Program-made: the position numbers and the translations under genes
Shown: positions 1-12,325 of the stretch, piece after piece
How positions within the stretch are numbered: position 1 is the stretch's first letter
How the letters are laid out: the number at the start of each line of letters is the position of its first letter
From: Catajapyx aquilonaris
Taxonomy: Eukaryota
NCBI GenBank assembly: GCA_000934665.2
Contig: JYFJ02003573.1
Location: forward strand, 1 to 39,985
DNA length: 39,985 nt
Direction: 5' to 3'
Notes under the pieces: model-generated
The model's database searches: none
Told to the model about the DNA's origin: nothing
Seen by the model: the letters and a program-made list of their open reading frames with translations, nothing else

Positions 1-274
1 CTAGTGTTGGTGATTGTGTGGGTATGGCCCTCCACGTGTGTGCCATCCAACCCAGTTTTCCGATGTGTGTGGGGGACGGCATGGAGCATCCACAACGCAA
101 ACTCGGCCGGCAGAAGGCAGGCAGGCAGGCAGCCCAGAAACCCTATAGCAGGAGGAAGGCACGGGGTCCACAAGTGGCAGAGGCACGGAGGCCCACGACT
201 AGGTTCGTGTCACTGACCGCCAGCGGGCAGTGCGATAGCTGGGGCTTCGGGATGGGGATGACTCCTGTACAGGT

Positions 275-358
275 CCCCCCTCTACCCCATACCCCACCTC
301 CCACCATCCCTCCTTACTCCACCCCCTACTCAACCACCCCCAGACCCCCCACCTCCCA
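275..358 (-). other. C-rich tract (G-quadruplex-prone on minus strand)
   Basis: Many C3-C6 runs with short spacers (cccccc tctaccccat accccacctc ccacc...cccccagacccccc acctccc). Confidence 0.5.
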
Positions 359-1048
359 TCTAGCCTATATACCAAGCCATTCACTACCCTCCCATACTGA
401 GATTTGCTATGAGTCTATAGACTGCACAACAGGTCATTGTGGCGCACCTGCAGCAACTTTGAGATGCAGGACTAAACATGCGCAAGATGCTTAGAAACAG
501 GGGTGAATAAGGCTAGGTCAGATTCAAAATTGGTGAGGAAATACTCAGTACCAGACCTATGCTAATAGACGATAATGAAGCAGCTGCAATGCGGTACTTA
601 CCCTACAGTTCCTGAAAGTTGAGAGGATAACCGTGGTCTGGGCATCTTACCAATGCTGTGCAAAGCTGTCAGTCACTTTTAGGAGAAGAATATAGGAAAC
701 AATATGAATGTAAAACTGTGCCGCTCATTTGGCGACTTTGCACATTGTATTGTGGTACGATTCATCAGCATAATTAACCTGTATGTAGTAAACTACCAGT
801 GTATGTGCGGTTATTATTAATTAGGTTCTACTAAATGCCTGATGCACATTTGTAGTTGAAAGAGGATTATCCTACATAATCTTCTGTTTGAAGAGTGTTC
901 TCCCTCTCCCTACGCATACCTGTCGTCATCGTTGCCTATTTTTTTTTGTAGGCCTACATAAGCTACTTATTCGAATTAGACTTTTCGTTGTTGAAATGAA
1001 TTTTGAGACCTCGACATGATTACGCAATCATTCTGTTTCCATACCTAC

Positions 1049-1129
1049 CAGTATAATATTGCATCTAAGTATGTTCAAAATCAAATATTATATTATAATA
1101 TTTGACTTTGAACATACTTAGATGCACTG
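1049..1129. mobile_element. Near-perfect palindrome; probable collapsed Tc1/mariner-type MITE
   Basis: Arms 1060-1092 and 1094-1126 (33 bp each) are reverse complements with 1 mismatch and a 1-nt centre. The right end reads CAGTGCATCTAAGTATGTT on the minus strand; the left end is the same with an 8-nt insert after CAGT. No clean TA target duplication. The palindrome is seen directly; transposon origin is inferred. Confidence 0.6.
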
Positions 1130-1335
1130 TGACATATCCCTAGCATTTCCTCTTCATAAACGTAATATTATAAGCCACATAGTCCTCCTGCGTAGTACTC
1201 GGGATTATCCCAACATGTTTTTTGCTCCACTCGCACTCTGATGAAAGGCAGGTCAAGTAGCCCCTGGAAGGCGGGCAATGCGTTAGCCAAGAGAGGCTCT
1301 TAGGTTAGAGGACTTCCAGGATAAGTTTAAAAAGT

Positions 1336-1375
1336 GGCCAATCAGTGCAGCGGGGGATGAGCCCCATATAAATAG
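1336..1375 (+). promoter_or_regulatory. CCAAT box plus TATA box (Pol II core-promoter-like)
   Basis: GGCCAATCAG at 1336-1345 (extended NF-Y consensus) and TATAAATA at 1367-1374. No downstream gene recognised. Confidence 0.3.
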
Positions 1376-2173
1376 TGCACTTACTACAAATGTGTCTTAT
1401 TTATACAGCACTGTATATTGCTGTACAATAGTGTTCTGTTGAATGTTTCGTAAAGCAACTGGTAAACTCTTGCAACCTTCGGGCATCTAGTAATACCAAC
1501 ATACAGTAGGGAGTAGGCCCTCATTATAGTGTTATTGTTAGGTGTCGCCAGGAACTCAGTTTTAAAAATAATTTGCATGTTGTTCAAAAGGAGTAGCCTT
1601 TTTCTGGAGTTACAGTAGAGGTATATTTAGTTTCGGTTCCAATGTGATGCTTGGATGTGACTGGGTGCAGCTTGTTGCATCTCGCATGGGTGCCAGTGTG
1701 CATAATGAATGAGTCCTTATTTAAATTCATTCATTAGTGCAAAGAGTGTTATCCGGCACAACAGTGTTACATTCGCATTTTATGTGTGAGGAGGGATTGT
1801 AAATTCGTTATTTCAAATATTGCGTTTTTTGTGGTAAATTACAAAATAATCATACGTGCTTAGAAATTACTTGTAATTAGTTCCATGTCCGATAGTTCAA
1901 TCTAAATTTATTTGAAACTTACCATACTGCATGAAATATGTTATTCTCATTCTAGGACTTTGAAATGCCTGCAAGGCTGCAAGTACCGGTAATGTAAGAG
2001 ATGTGTGAACAATGACAGTCAATGCCGCAGATTTTCATTTAAAATTCTAACTCTATCTCGTACTTTGGAGACTACAGCATATCAAATTAGCTTCATTTTT
2101 AAATCTTTTCTTAACAGTTAATTAGATAACTTTTTCTGCTACACCAGTTTGACTTCAATATTCTCTCTTGCTT

Positions 2174-2197
2174 TTATTATTATTATTATTATTATTA

Positions 2198-2272
<75 letters not shown>
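2174..2272. repeat. (TTA)n microsatellite, about 33 units
   Basis: Continuous TTA repeat with one phase slip near 2198. Confidence 0.98.
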
Positions 2273-2276
<4 letters not shown>

Positions 2277-2579
2277 TCATTCAACTTTTGGGAATGGGTG
2301 GTGATACCGATAATATTGTAATACTTGAGGCCTACTTATAACATTATGGCTGTAATAGTAATCACTGTCATTATAATTATGCTAAATAATATTTAACAAG
2401 CATCTCGCCATAATTTTGCATACGGCCATAATTAAATGCCCTGTCTTTTAGTAGCAGCCAAAATTATAGCGTTGTATATTTATCAAAATGAGACATATCG
2501 TGGAAATGCAAGCTGTTCCTGATAATCTAATGTTAACAGATAGTTCAGTAAAAAAAATGGGGGATATGATTTCGATAGT

Positions 2580-3600
2580 ATCGGTGCCACTGCCGGGAGA
2601 GCCAAAGAACAGGTTGGCGGGCGTTTTCCTCAAGCCGCTGGGTGTCGGCTCCGGCGCAAAGTCGCGGATGATTCCCATACTTGGCCGAAGAGTAGGATGC
2701 TTCAGAGGGTGACAAAATCGCACCTACATTTTGGCGGCCATTTTAAAGATGCGATTGTTGTCCTCCCACATCATCAGCATAACCTAGAAACTAGCTATAA
2801 ACTGCTCTAACGCTCATGGTGGGTTTAATGACTGGGAATTGCATGCTGGTACCGGTACTGGATTGCGTGGATTACAGAATAATAATGTAAGGTGTAACGC
2901 TGCACAATTTTTCCAAACGAAATGGAAGAAATTATAGTAGTAGGCCAATTGTGTTATTCTGTATTTTTCAGTATAGCATGTGACTTATTAGGTTATTTTT
3001 TGCAGTTTTTTGCACATTACATGTTGAAATGTTATCTATGGGTACATACATAGTCATCTGGTAATAGACTGTATTTGCATAAGCACACCGGAATGCATAA
3101 AAACTGGTCCCTGTCACATATGTATCATTTTATTATTGCAAAATTGTACAAATAAATTAGTGCATTTTTATTCTCTTCTGTAATTTTTGTAACATTTTAA
3201 TCTGATTTTAAAAAACTGCTTAGATGCGAAATATTTTTTTTTTGAACAATTTTTTCGAACGAAAGTAGTGATTAAGAGAAACCACCTACCGGAAATAGAT
3301 GCGGCCAAGACATGGCTGATCCGATGCAGAGCGCGTGGAAAATGTTCCTCTCTGAGCCAATACTGTACATAGGGTTTGGTTATAAGAGTTGCTGGAGAGA
3401 AGGGTTGAGGTGAAGAGGGGAGGATTTTGGGGACTGGGAGACAAGGGGAGGGAGGATGGAGTGGTTGGGGGAGGGGGGGGGCTGAATCAAAATGGCGTCC
3501 TCCGACGCTTCCGTCGCTAGGGTGAAATAATCAAAACAAAGGAACCATCATGCTAGGTTGAAGCAGGTGGGAGGTGCCATACGGCGTGCTCGCCTCTACA
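2580..3600. promoter_or_regulatory. Two GC-rich blocks with divergent YY1-type motifs; promoter/enhancer-like
   Basis: AAAATGGCCGCC on minus (2733-2744), AAAATGGCG on plus (3489-3497), ETS-like CCGGAAAT (3289-3296), Sox-like AACAAAGG near 3535, G-rich tract 3402-3481, and an AT-rich spacer between the blocks. Confidence 0.3.
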
Positions 3601-6600
3601 GTCCTGTGCACATGTTTGTTCCAAACCGCTGGACATGCATCACTTTTTGTCTTTGTCTCTCTCTTCGCTCCTTTCCAGTTGACTAGAAAATTATGAGCAC
3701 CTGCTTTGAGCTTGTCCTATTCTTGCGCTGAAAATTAAGGTAGTTGTTGGAGTCTTCAGGATATTGGAGGCAGGATTTCCGAAAACTTCTCACCCGGTGG
3801 CTTCGATTCTCACATTTTCTCGCACGGCAGGAAATGAAGGGCTATTCACCCGAGGAAATGAACTCAAATGGCACCATTAAAAATATTATTTTTGAGGCAT
3901 TTTTTTTACGAATCACCTGAAATAATCGATCTGCCTCATTAAGAGAAAGTTAAAGGAGGGCTTATGCGCGTTTTGTTATGCTGTTCATTTGAGCACATTG
4001 TGTCCCTAAAAACAAATGCTTCTTTTTAATTGATAATAAAATAGGAATGTATGAGATTAATACTGCACACTACAGTGTTTCAATTACAGGTGCTAGGGGA
4101 GCGTCTTGACGTAAAAGAAGCAGTAAATGTCCTAAGAAGAAATTTAGGTAGCATTAGGCTCTGATCATCATCCGCCTCTGTTGTGCGTAATGTTCCTCCC
4201 ATAAACGGATGTTGGTTGTAAAATTCTTGACGCTTTTAAATGTAAAGTGCCTCGTTTGAGCTCAGTTATTTATTTATACACATCCGATCCATCAAGACAC
4301 CTCTTTGAAACTCCCATCCGGAGAACTAATGCAGATTGTCCCCCCTGCGGTCAAACCAGCACTTGAGCACACAAGAGGGCGTCAACTATTACGCAGAGTT
4401 GGGCTGTAGAGACAAGTGGCATCATTAGGAAACAAGGAGCATATTAGTGTAGGGAGGATCTAAAGCTGGGACATTAGGTGTCCATGGTCCGGCTCCACAT
4501 TGCTGACAAGGAAGAGGTAATTTTCTCGAGAGTTATGTGCGTCTGGACCTTGCAGGGACCAGCCCCGAGGCGTTTTCCTTGTTGGGAACACGAGCCTAGT
4601 TATGCAGTATTAAGGGATGGCCTGAAAATTTCAGGCGTCCCGTAATTACTACTACATGATGTACGATTGGCGGGGACTCCTCTAAAGCAATCTAGCAAGC
4701 TAGGGGAGGACAGGGCTATGTAAACAGTTGCTGGGCCTTCCAGACCGGCTTGATCACTTTTATGCGGCCAAGAATAATATGTAGATAGTTGCCTCGACTA
4801 CTTTCCCATAAATCTACGCTGTCCATAGAACAAATGGTTGAGACTTGATTAATGACTTGTTTTCTTTAATATATGCAACTATGACATGATGATAAATATA
4901 GGGTGTGTTAGACCACAACTGTTCCCAAAGTTATAGCAATCTTAGCAGGAGGAAGCGGGAAAATTGCAAAATAGTTGGACTGTACTTTGATATTAATTGA
5001 AAAATGACTTTTGCATGCACGTGATGTGAGGATAACAAGTGGAGGCGTACGTCTTGAGCAATGTTACTTTTATTCTAGGTAGAACTATTCGGCATACTGT
5101 ATTATCAGCGGACATGGGAGACACTATTATTTTTATACGTTTTTGCTTATATTTTTAAAGTGATTATAATTGTTTTCATTGCCTTTATTTAGCCTCTTAA
5201 AATTATAGCATCAAAATATAATTGTGTTATTGTTTAATTAGAATGGGTCTGCCGGCAGTAATTTAAAACTCGGGTAATTTATGAACTAATTATTATTAAC
5301 CGATACATTTACACACCCTGATAAGCGATTTTAGCAGTAACATGACATTTAAAATTTCATCGAGCCCCCTCCTCCTGTTTACATACGCAGTTGGTATTGC
5401 AATAATTTGAATTATAATCACTTATGAAGTGATCATTTTCAATTATTATTTGCACAGTAATTAGGATGGGGCATTTTAAAAACTTTGAAATCGGATCGGC
5501 CATTACCATCAATGCTGCTATTTCTGCTGCAAACAAATACACCTGTCGAAATGGTTAATCCATTACTTCTTCGCCAATGAACAATAAGGCAATGGTCGCC
5601 TTGATAAGAAAATCAGTTCTAAGTTATTTGATACCATTGCATTTTATCAATAACTCACGATAATGCATTAATCAAAACTATAGTTTGACCAATTTGAGTG
5701 GCAGAATATGATCAAGGCCATTTTCAGATTGAAAAAATATCGATGAAATGTCACCCTCATAAGCCACTTTATTAATCTCTATGCCATGAAAGTGTAGGCC
5801 CCCAGTACAGTAATATGCAAGGTGCGTACCACAAGGCCTAAATAACCTAATCAAAATTCTTTACAGGGTTTCTTTTGGGGTATTAAAATCGTAGCCTTCT
5901 GATAGTCCAAGCAATAGTAATGGACCTCATGATGCGTTGTACTTTGTCCGCACAGACATAATGTTCTTGGGCGTGTACAGTACCTCCTATAGTAATGTTC
6001 CGCTTTGTTTCGGGGTGCACTTGTCTTGTAGCCACGACATAAAACGTAAACCTCCAGGTACAAATCTCAAGAGACAGACTAAGCGAAGCGAGTGTAGATA
6101 ATACAGCCATATGAAGGGAATTCAGTTGGAAATGCGAAGTATTATTGCGTTCCATTGTAGACTTGCAACTGAATTCTTGTTTACCTTTCCACGTCGCCCA
6201 CGGGTTTGTTATTATAATAGTTTCTAGGCCCAATCAAGTAAGATTTGATTTTCTAAAGTTCGTGCTTCATATCTTAGAATTTAACGCACAGTATTTTTTG
6301 AGTTGAATTTTATTGTTGTCGACTTAGTAAGAGGTCGTAACTGAGTAGAAACTGCTTCAGAGGACAATAGACGAGAGAGAATAACCCAAAATGAATGTGT
6401 AATTTTGTCGTATGTCATTATTTTGGGAACTTATGCATATGTTATAATGCTTTTGTACACGTACAGTGTTCATTGTTGCCTTAATTTGAATAATGCTGAA
6501 GCTCTTTACGCAAGTAAAATATGAAATAACAAAGCTCGAATGCCATTGGTAATGACACAATTCATTGCATGTTGTGCGTCCTTATTTGAACGAGGATTTA

Positions 6601-9600
6601 AGATATGTAAAGGACGTTTTGATGCCATTTTGAGACAACCACTACTGTTGGCGTTCTGTTATTCGCATGTTACATACCATGTATTCATTTCTGAAAAAAG
6701 ATTGCACATACAGTCCATTATATAGCCAATAAAATAAGCTTGTAAATCGATTTATTGTCATAGAACAAATTATTTGGTGAAAAATGTGTTTGATCACAAC
6801 TTTAGAAATGTTTCCATAAATGTGAATATACAGTATATACAGTATAATATTCTTTTACGTTTGGACAACCGCCTCACCCTTTCGGTCGTTTATAAACAAT
6901 TCATCATAACAACAAGTAATACGGGAAAAGCTTAATTGCAATATAAGTCAACGTTAGAAAAACCTGAATCATTAAAATATTTCTAATGCACGTAAGATAG
7001 GTTTTTAAAAACCGAAGTCTGACACCATTGGAAAAATCCTATACGAAGCGTGTATCCGGAATATTTTTCTATGCTTGGTTTTGCCATAAGCTTCTCATCC
7101 TTCACCTGGAAGCATTCATTAGGATATTGGTCAATATTTAATGCATAGTTATTAAAATAAGAGTGTGTTCACCTGTATAGATATCTCACCACCACAACAA
7201 AAGAAAGGGATTTCAAGACGTCATTAAAATGTTTACACCTTCAGCTTTTGATTGCAAACAGATTTTGTCTGATCATGTGACTGACCTATACCTATTCATC
7301 AATGTGGCACTTGAGCTATGAGACGCTACCTTTCCATGTTTGGAAAGACGGGCAAAAGCATCTCAGAGGTTCTTTGAAAAGTATGTGCTGAAGCTACATA
7401 CCACTGATGACAGGCATCCCCTTTGGGGGCCCTTCTTGTAAACAACCCGCGAAAAGGTATCAGAAAGAACCCCCCCGCATTTTGAAAAAAATCCCGATTG
7501 TGGCCAGGTTTGGTCTCGTAGGTGGTGGTGCAGACAAGCATTGACATTCCCTGCCTTCTTTGTGTACCAGACGCAAACGACTTGGCTTGAAAAATATCAG
7601 GAGCGTCTTTTTTTCCCCCTTTCCTCTTCTTCCTCACCACCCTCCCACCCACCTCCCAGGCTGTTGCTAGTGAATTTGGTCCAAATTACGCACTTCAAAC
7701 TGAGCTGGTGGCGCTGCTGAGGAGGTGAAAGGAAAAGGTTTCCGGAGTGGTACGGGGAGGTAAAAGGAGAAGAAGTTAGCTGGCGGTTTGGAAACGGGAA
7801 GGGAAAATGATATTCGTTAGGCTTCCGCCCGCCCATCCACAATACCGACATGATTGTGAAATCCGAGTCTTCCCAAGCAGCAAGTTGAACCCTTCAAAAC
7901 ACGTCATTGGAGCGGATCCTTCTTCCTTGCATCCCTGAACACCATGCAGCAGCAGTAGTAGGAGGTGGTAGTGTCTGGTGGGAGGCTTGAGTAGTGGCGA
8001 AGGAATCTACCTTTCGGAGTTGTTGTCTGTGCTGCTGCTGCAGCAGGGGCGCCCTCCTTACTTTTCCCTTTTCTTCCTGCTTGACACATCGCTTCTCCCC
8101 ACCGCCGAGTTCCTTCATCTTAATGAGAGGCCTAGGGCCTCCTCACCGTTCCAAAGTTTGCAAATTGGTTGCCGAGCGAAAGGAATGTAAATAAGAGAAC
8201 AGGCGAGGAAGGTTTTTTCCTTCCCTCCCGTCTTATTTTGAGGGAGGTTGGCTGGGTGGGCTGGGGGGGTGGTGTTCTTGTGTGCATGCAGACAGACAAG
8301 GAAGGAGGCAAGGCAGGCAGGTGCTTTGGGCGGGGCGCTTCTCTAACCAACCTGGCCGCATGTGCGGGCCTCTGTATCCGGGCTTCCAACCAGTAGCTAC
8401 TACCCCCTCTTCAAAGGCTGCCTCAGCAAAAGGAGGTTGCTGCCTGCTGCTTTCAACCATCTACTCTGCCACTCTATTATTATTTATTTACCTGGGAACC
8501 ATTGGTGCGTTTCAGGTATTTTGTCAGCCTTTAGTTAATGTTACACTGGAAGGCTGTGATTATCAGTTTTTGCCAGCTTTGCCAGTTTTCTTGCAGAGGC
8601 AGGCTGCTTTAAGGCATCTTGGCTCAACTCTATGGAGTTCTTTTTACGAATTGTGTGCTGTATGTTCTATTATGATTTGAAACATGCCCAGGTAAACAAA
8701 GAGGCTAATTTGGCAGAGTCGATGGGGCTCAAGGACGGTCTTGGTTTAGTCAAATTCCTTATTTGACTTGTTTAGAATACTATTGCCGTAAGCGAGCTGT
8801 GCGATACGGATATGTTTGTTAGTTACTAATGAAAGACAAAAGGCAGAATCATAATACATTGCAGAATAGAAACAGTTTTCCGAGCTTGACTTAAATGTAC
8901 AACTCGCTAAGTTCAAAGGGGAAATGCAGAAATTTTTTCCAGCATCTGTTTTGCACAGTTGATTAAAGTTTAGCAGGAGCGTCAGAAAATGTAATGGTCT
9001 TGACACACCTGTGTTTTACCATCCGTTTTTACACGTTAATTGTTATGAGAATGATTCTCAATCTCATGTCACGTCATATGCTGAGAGTGACCAGGCAAAT
9101 CTGAATGTGGCACTGTATGTGGATAATCTGTCCCAACATCACTACTCTGGCAATTTTTTTAATAGCGTAAAGAGCAATGTTTTCTTTAGTGTGCCAACTG
9201 TGAAGAATGTGCAACAGCCGGATGACACGTAATTTACTCGATGTTATTGTTAGCAAGACAGTGAAACATCAACATGTCATATACGCCATGCGAATTCACG
9301 ACGATCATCCTGAATCTGAAGGCATCACTGTCGCCCGACTTCGCACGATTTCTTTATGTGGGGTTACCTTGAGAAGAGAGTCTTCCGCATCAAACCTCAC
9401 ACAATTGGCACTTTGAAGACACGCAATGCACTAGAAGATATGCAAATTGACAGCGAGGTACTGGGATCCATTGTCGACAACGTGTATAGCATTGCGTTCA
9501 GATGTGCCTGACTGTCAAAGCATGATGGTCACTTCCAGTGACAAATATTGACTGTAATATTGTTCATTACCGTGTGATGGTAGGCTATAGAGTGCAACTT

Positions 9601-11603
9601 TTATGACTTGAGTTACATAGGTAAATCTTTCGTTGATGTACAAATGCCGGCATGCTTTTTATAATGCGCAGGATGGGAAGAAACGCCTTGCATATGTGAG
9701 ATAATGATCTGATTAACATCCTTTTCCATTTCCACTGGGGTACTCACAGATGCGACTGGTACAATGAGGACCTCGTATAGCCGCGCAATTTATGAAACGT
9801 AAATATGACCTATCCAAAGTTATGTAACCAGCTGTAATATTAATTTCCGAGTACTGAAATAAATGCTGACTGTGATGGTTGAGAATAAATTGTTTTTAAT
9901 GACTCTAATTTGTATCATAAAAGGACAGCAAATCATTCAGAAAAAGATCACTCGAAGAATTTACCAAGTGACAAATAACGAGAGTTCTGAAACAATATTT
10001 GAGAGTATAGCCTACAAGATGCGATGTTCCATTTAAATTGCTGCTTCGTGTTCATTTTTGATCAACATTACGAACTGATTCGGAATATGATTAAAACTTC
10101 AGTGTGCATTAGAAAATATACGCAAGAAGTATGATATAACGTCAAATATAGAATTGAAATGTATATATTGATATTAGTAGTATGAATTATTAATAGTTAA
10201 ATTGGTATATTATTGTGTCCAACGCAATTACATTCATGTCATTGCTAGATTTTTTGCACCTATTTACATTCTGTATCATCCGCCTTGAGGAGAGCATAGT
10301 CTACATACAACAACATAACTAGATTAATTATTTCAAATGTATCCATTTATGCATATGGTATAACGCTGGTTACGTAAATGAGACCCCCAAATTTGCTAAT
10401 TTTTATACTTTTTCATGACAATTTCTAAGTTCATAATTTCATAGTTGACTACGCTCATGGAGATACACATTAATAGGATACAGTGACCTGACACTAGCAT
10501 AATACAGAACGAACACGGTCACATTTTGGTCAAAATTAAGTTAGGCAGTGACTAACATACAAAAGTCCTCAAGGGGTATTTCACATGGTCAAGTCAATAT
10601 TCTAATAAAGTAATTACAGCCTCCGAGAGAATTTTTTTAAATAACCCAAGAGGGATAATAATATTAAATCTTCAAACCCTCATATCTCGAATTCAGTCAA
10701 ATGTGACTTGGCTCGTTGTGCATTTCAAAATAATCTTCTGGTTAATGTTCACATCCACATACCCTCTTAAAATAGGACCATAACTTATTTTACAAAATAA
10801 TAATATGCATTAATCAGGCCGCGAGTTTTACTCCACCCTTCCATCTATACTTTTGCAAGCTTGAACTTATTCAAATTTACATTATGCCAATATATTCAAA
10901 AAGTTTGTAGCAGTAGGTGTAACTGTTTAATAAAACTGTGTAAACTGCATAACAACTGCATTATCCATATTCATTATTATGTTTGTATTGTTTAGTAGCA
11001 GTATGCCTATGAACCTTACGCTTTATATAGCTATGTTGAATTATCTTACTTAAAACATGTGATAAAGCATGCTAATATACTCAGCTGGTTACATTTGATA
11101 GTTGGCATTATTGCACTGGAATTTCATTGCGCGGTGATCCCGGTTGGCATAGTGACTAGGAGGGACTTAAGACCACCTTAAGGAACAAATATATTTCGCT
11201 GCTTACCTATTAAGCTAATTAGCAGGATTACCTTATTATTTGGAAGTTCAAACCTTCCCCTTCAGGAAGGCCATCACACAATTTTAATGATACCGGTGAA
11301 AGTATTGTTTTCTAGTTTTAAAAAACTTTTAGAAAATGATTAGTTTAGGATATTGCGCCCAAAATAAGGCTATTATTGAGCTGTTCCGTGAGTAGATCTT
11401 GTGTGCTGAAATTGTTGTCAGAAATAATATTGCTTCAAGCACCTTTGTATCCAATTACTGACCTGGGACTATCATCAAACAAAATTTGCAGCCAATTATT
11501 CAAATAATTTACAAGTTTTTTCCAACAGTTGATTTTATAGCGCGCTACCAACCATTGTTAGAAGCCAATATAAACGCCCTCTGTTGAAAATGCATTCAGT
11601 GCA

Positions 11604-11812
11604 CAGTGATGGGAAAGAGTGCTAAGTTACTATAGCCGCATAGCGGCTACAGTTGCAATTGCTAAATACATTTAGCAGCTGCGAATTAACACCCATGACT
11701 AAAATTAGATGAGTATTACTAAAAATAGCTAGCATTAAGGGCCAATGCTAAAATTAGTCTACGAATTAGCAGCTATGCGAATTTTATCAGGTCACTGTAG
11801 TGCACATCACTA
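11604..11812. mobile_element. Degraded non-autonomous hAT-like DNA transposon
   Basis: Ends CAGTGATGGG (11604) and CACATCACTA (11812; reverse complement TAGTGATGTG) resemble short hAT-type TIRs. The interior is dense in GCTA/TAGC, with small palindromes TAGCCGC-ata-GCGGCTA (11633-11649) and TGCTAAAT-ac-ATTTAGCA (11660-11677). No 8-bp TSD preserved. Confidence 0.4.
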
Positions 11813-12004
11813 GCCGTAATTGTCACCACAATTCACCAGTCAATTGAATTGAAGCATTGTTTTCACAAAAAGGGCTCTCAGTCATATAGTCTGTAATGAA
11901 TTAAAATGTATCTAGAACATACATGTTTTCCGGTACCACTGACCTAAACTATACTTATTTCTCAAGCCTTGTAGCTGAGCCTGAACCAAGTGTAGCATTT
12001 TTAC

Positions 12005-12264
12005 TTGAGAGTGGTGAAGTTGTTATTGCCAAAACCTTTCACTTCTGAGGCCCTGAGTTCGATCTCTTGATCGAAATAAGAACTTTCTCATATAGCAAGA
12101 GGCTCGACAGGTTCTCTCCGCATTCGCGTGGATTATCTCGGGTTCTCCCGTTTTTCTCGACTATCAAAATCCATCAACAGCAGTCATGAATATAGGTCCA
12201 ATAAAAGAGAATCTTCTAAGTGGTCACTGACCTATCAATGAGTAGGCTGCTGCTGCTGCTGCTG

Positions 12265-12324
<60 letters not shown>
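12005..12324 (+). mobile_element. Decayed tRNA-derived SINE with V/Meta-like central domain and microsatellite tail
   Basis: A-box-like TGGTGAAGTTG (12012-12022) and B-box-like GAGTTCGATCT (12055-12065) at tRNA spacing. GCGTGGATTATCTCGGGTTCTCCCGTTTTTCTCGAC (12126-12161) resembles the GGGTTTNCTCCGGGTNCTCCGGTTTCCTCC core of V-/Meta-type SINEs. Ends in a trinucleotide tail. 5' boundary approximate. Confidence 0.65.
12247..12324 (+). repeat. Compound microsatellite (CTG)6(CTA)16(CCA)3CTA
   Basis: Read directly; all units in one phase. Confidence 0.97.

Positions 12325-12325
<1 letters not shown>

Noticed and set aside
18..494. 158-aa plus-strand ORF with Pro-rich segment
   Set aside because: Pro-richness comes from a C-rich low-complexity tract; no recognisable domain. 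An exon cannot be fully excluded without a homology search.
1923..2740. Minus-strand gene model joining ATGGCCGCCAAAAT|GT to a 46-nt exon at 1968-1923
   Set aside because: The joined frame hits a stop within a few codons with either available acceptor.
8510..8565. Possible miRNA-like hairpin (CAGCCTT...AAGGCTG)
   Set aside because: The well-paired stem is only about 11 bp and matches no miRNA I recognise.
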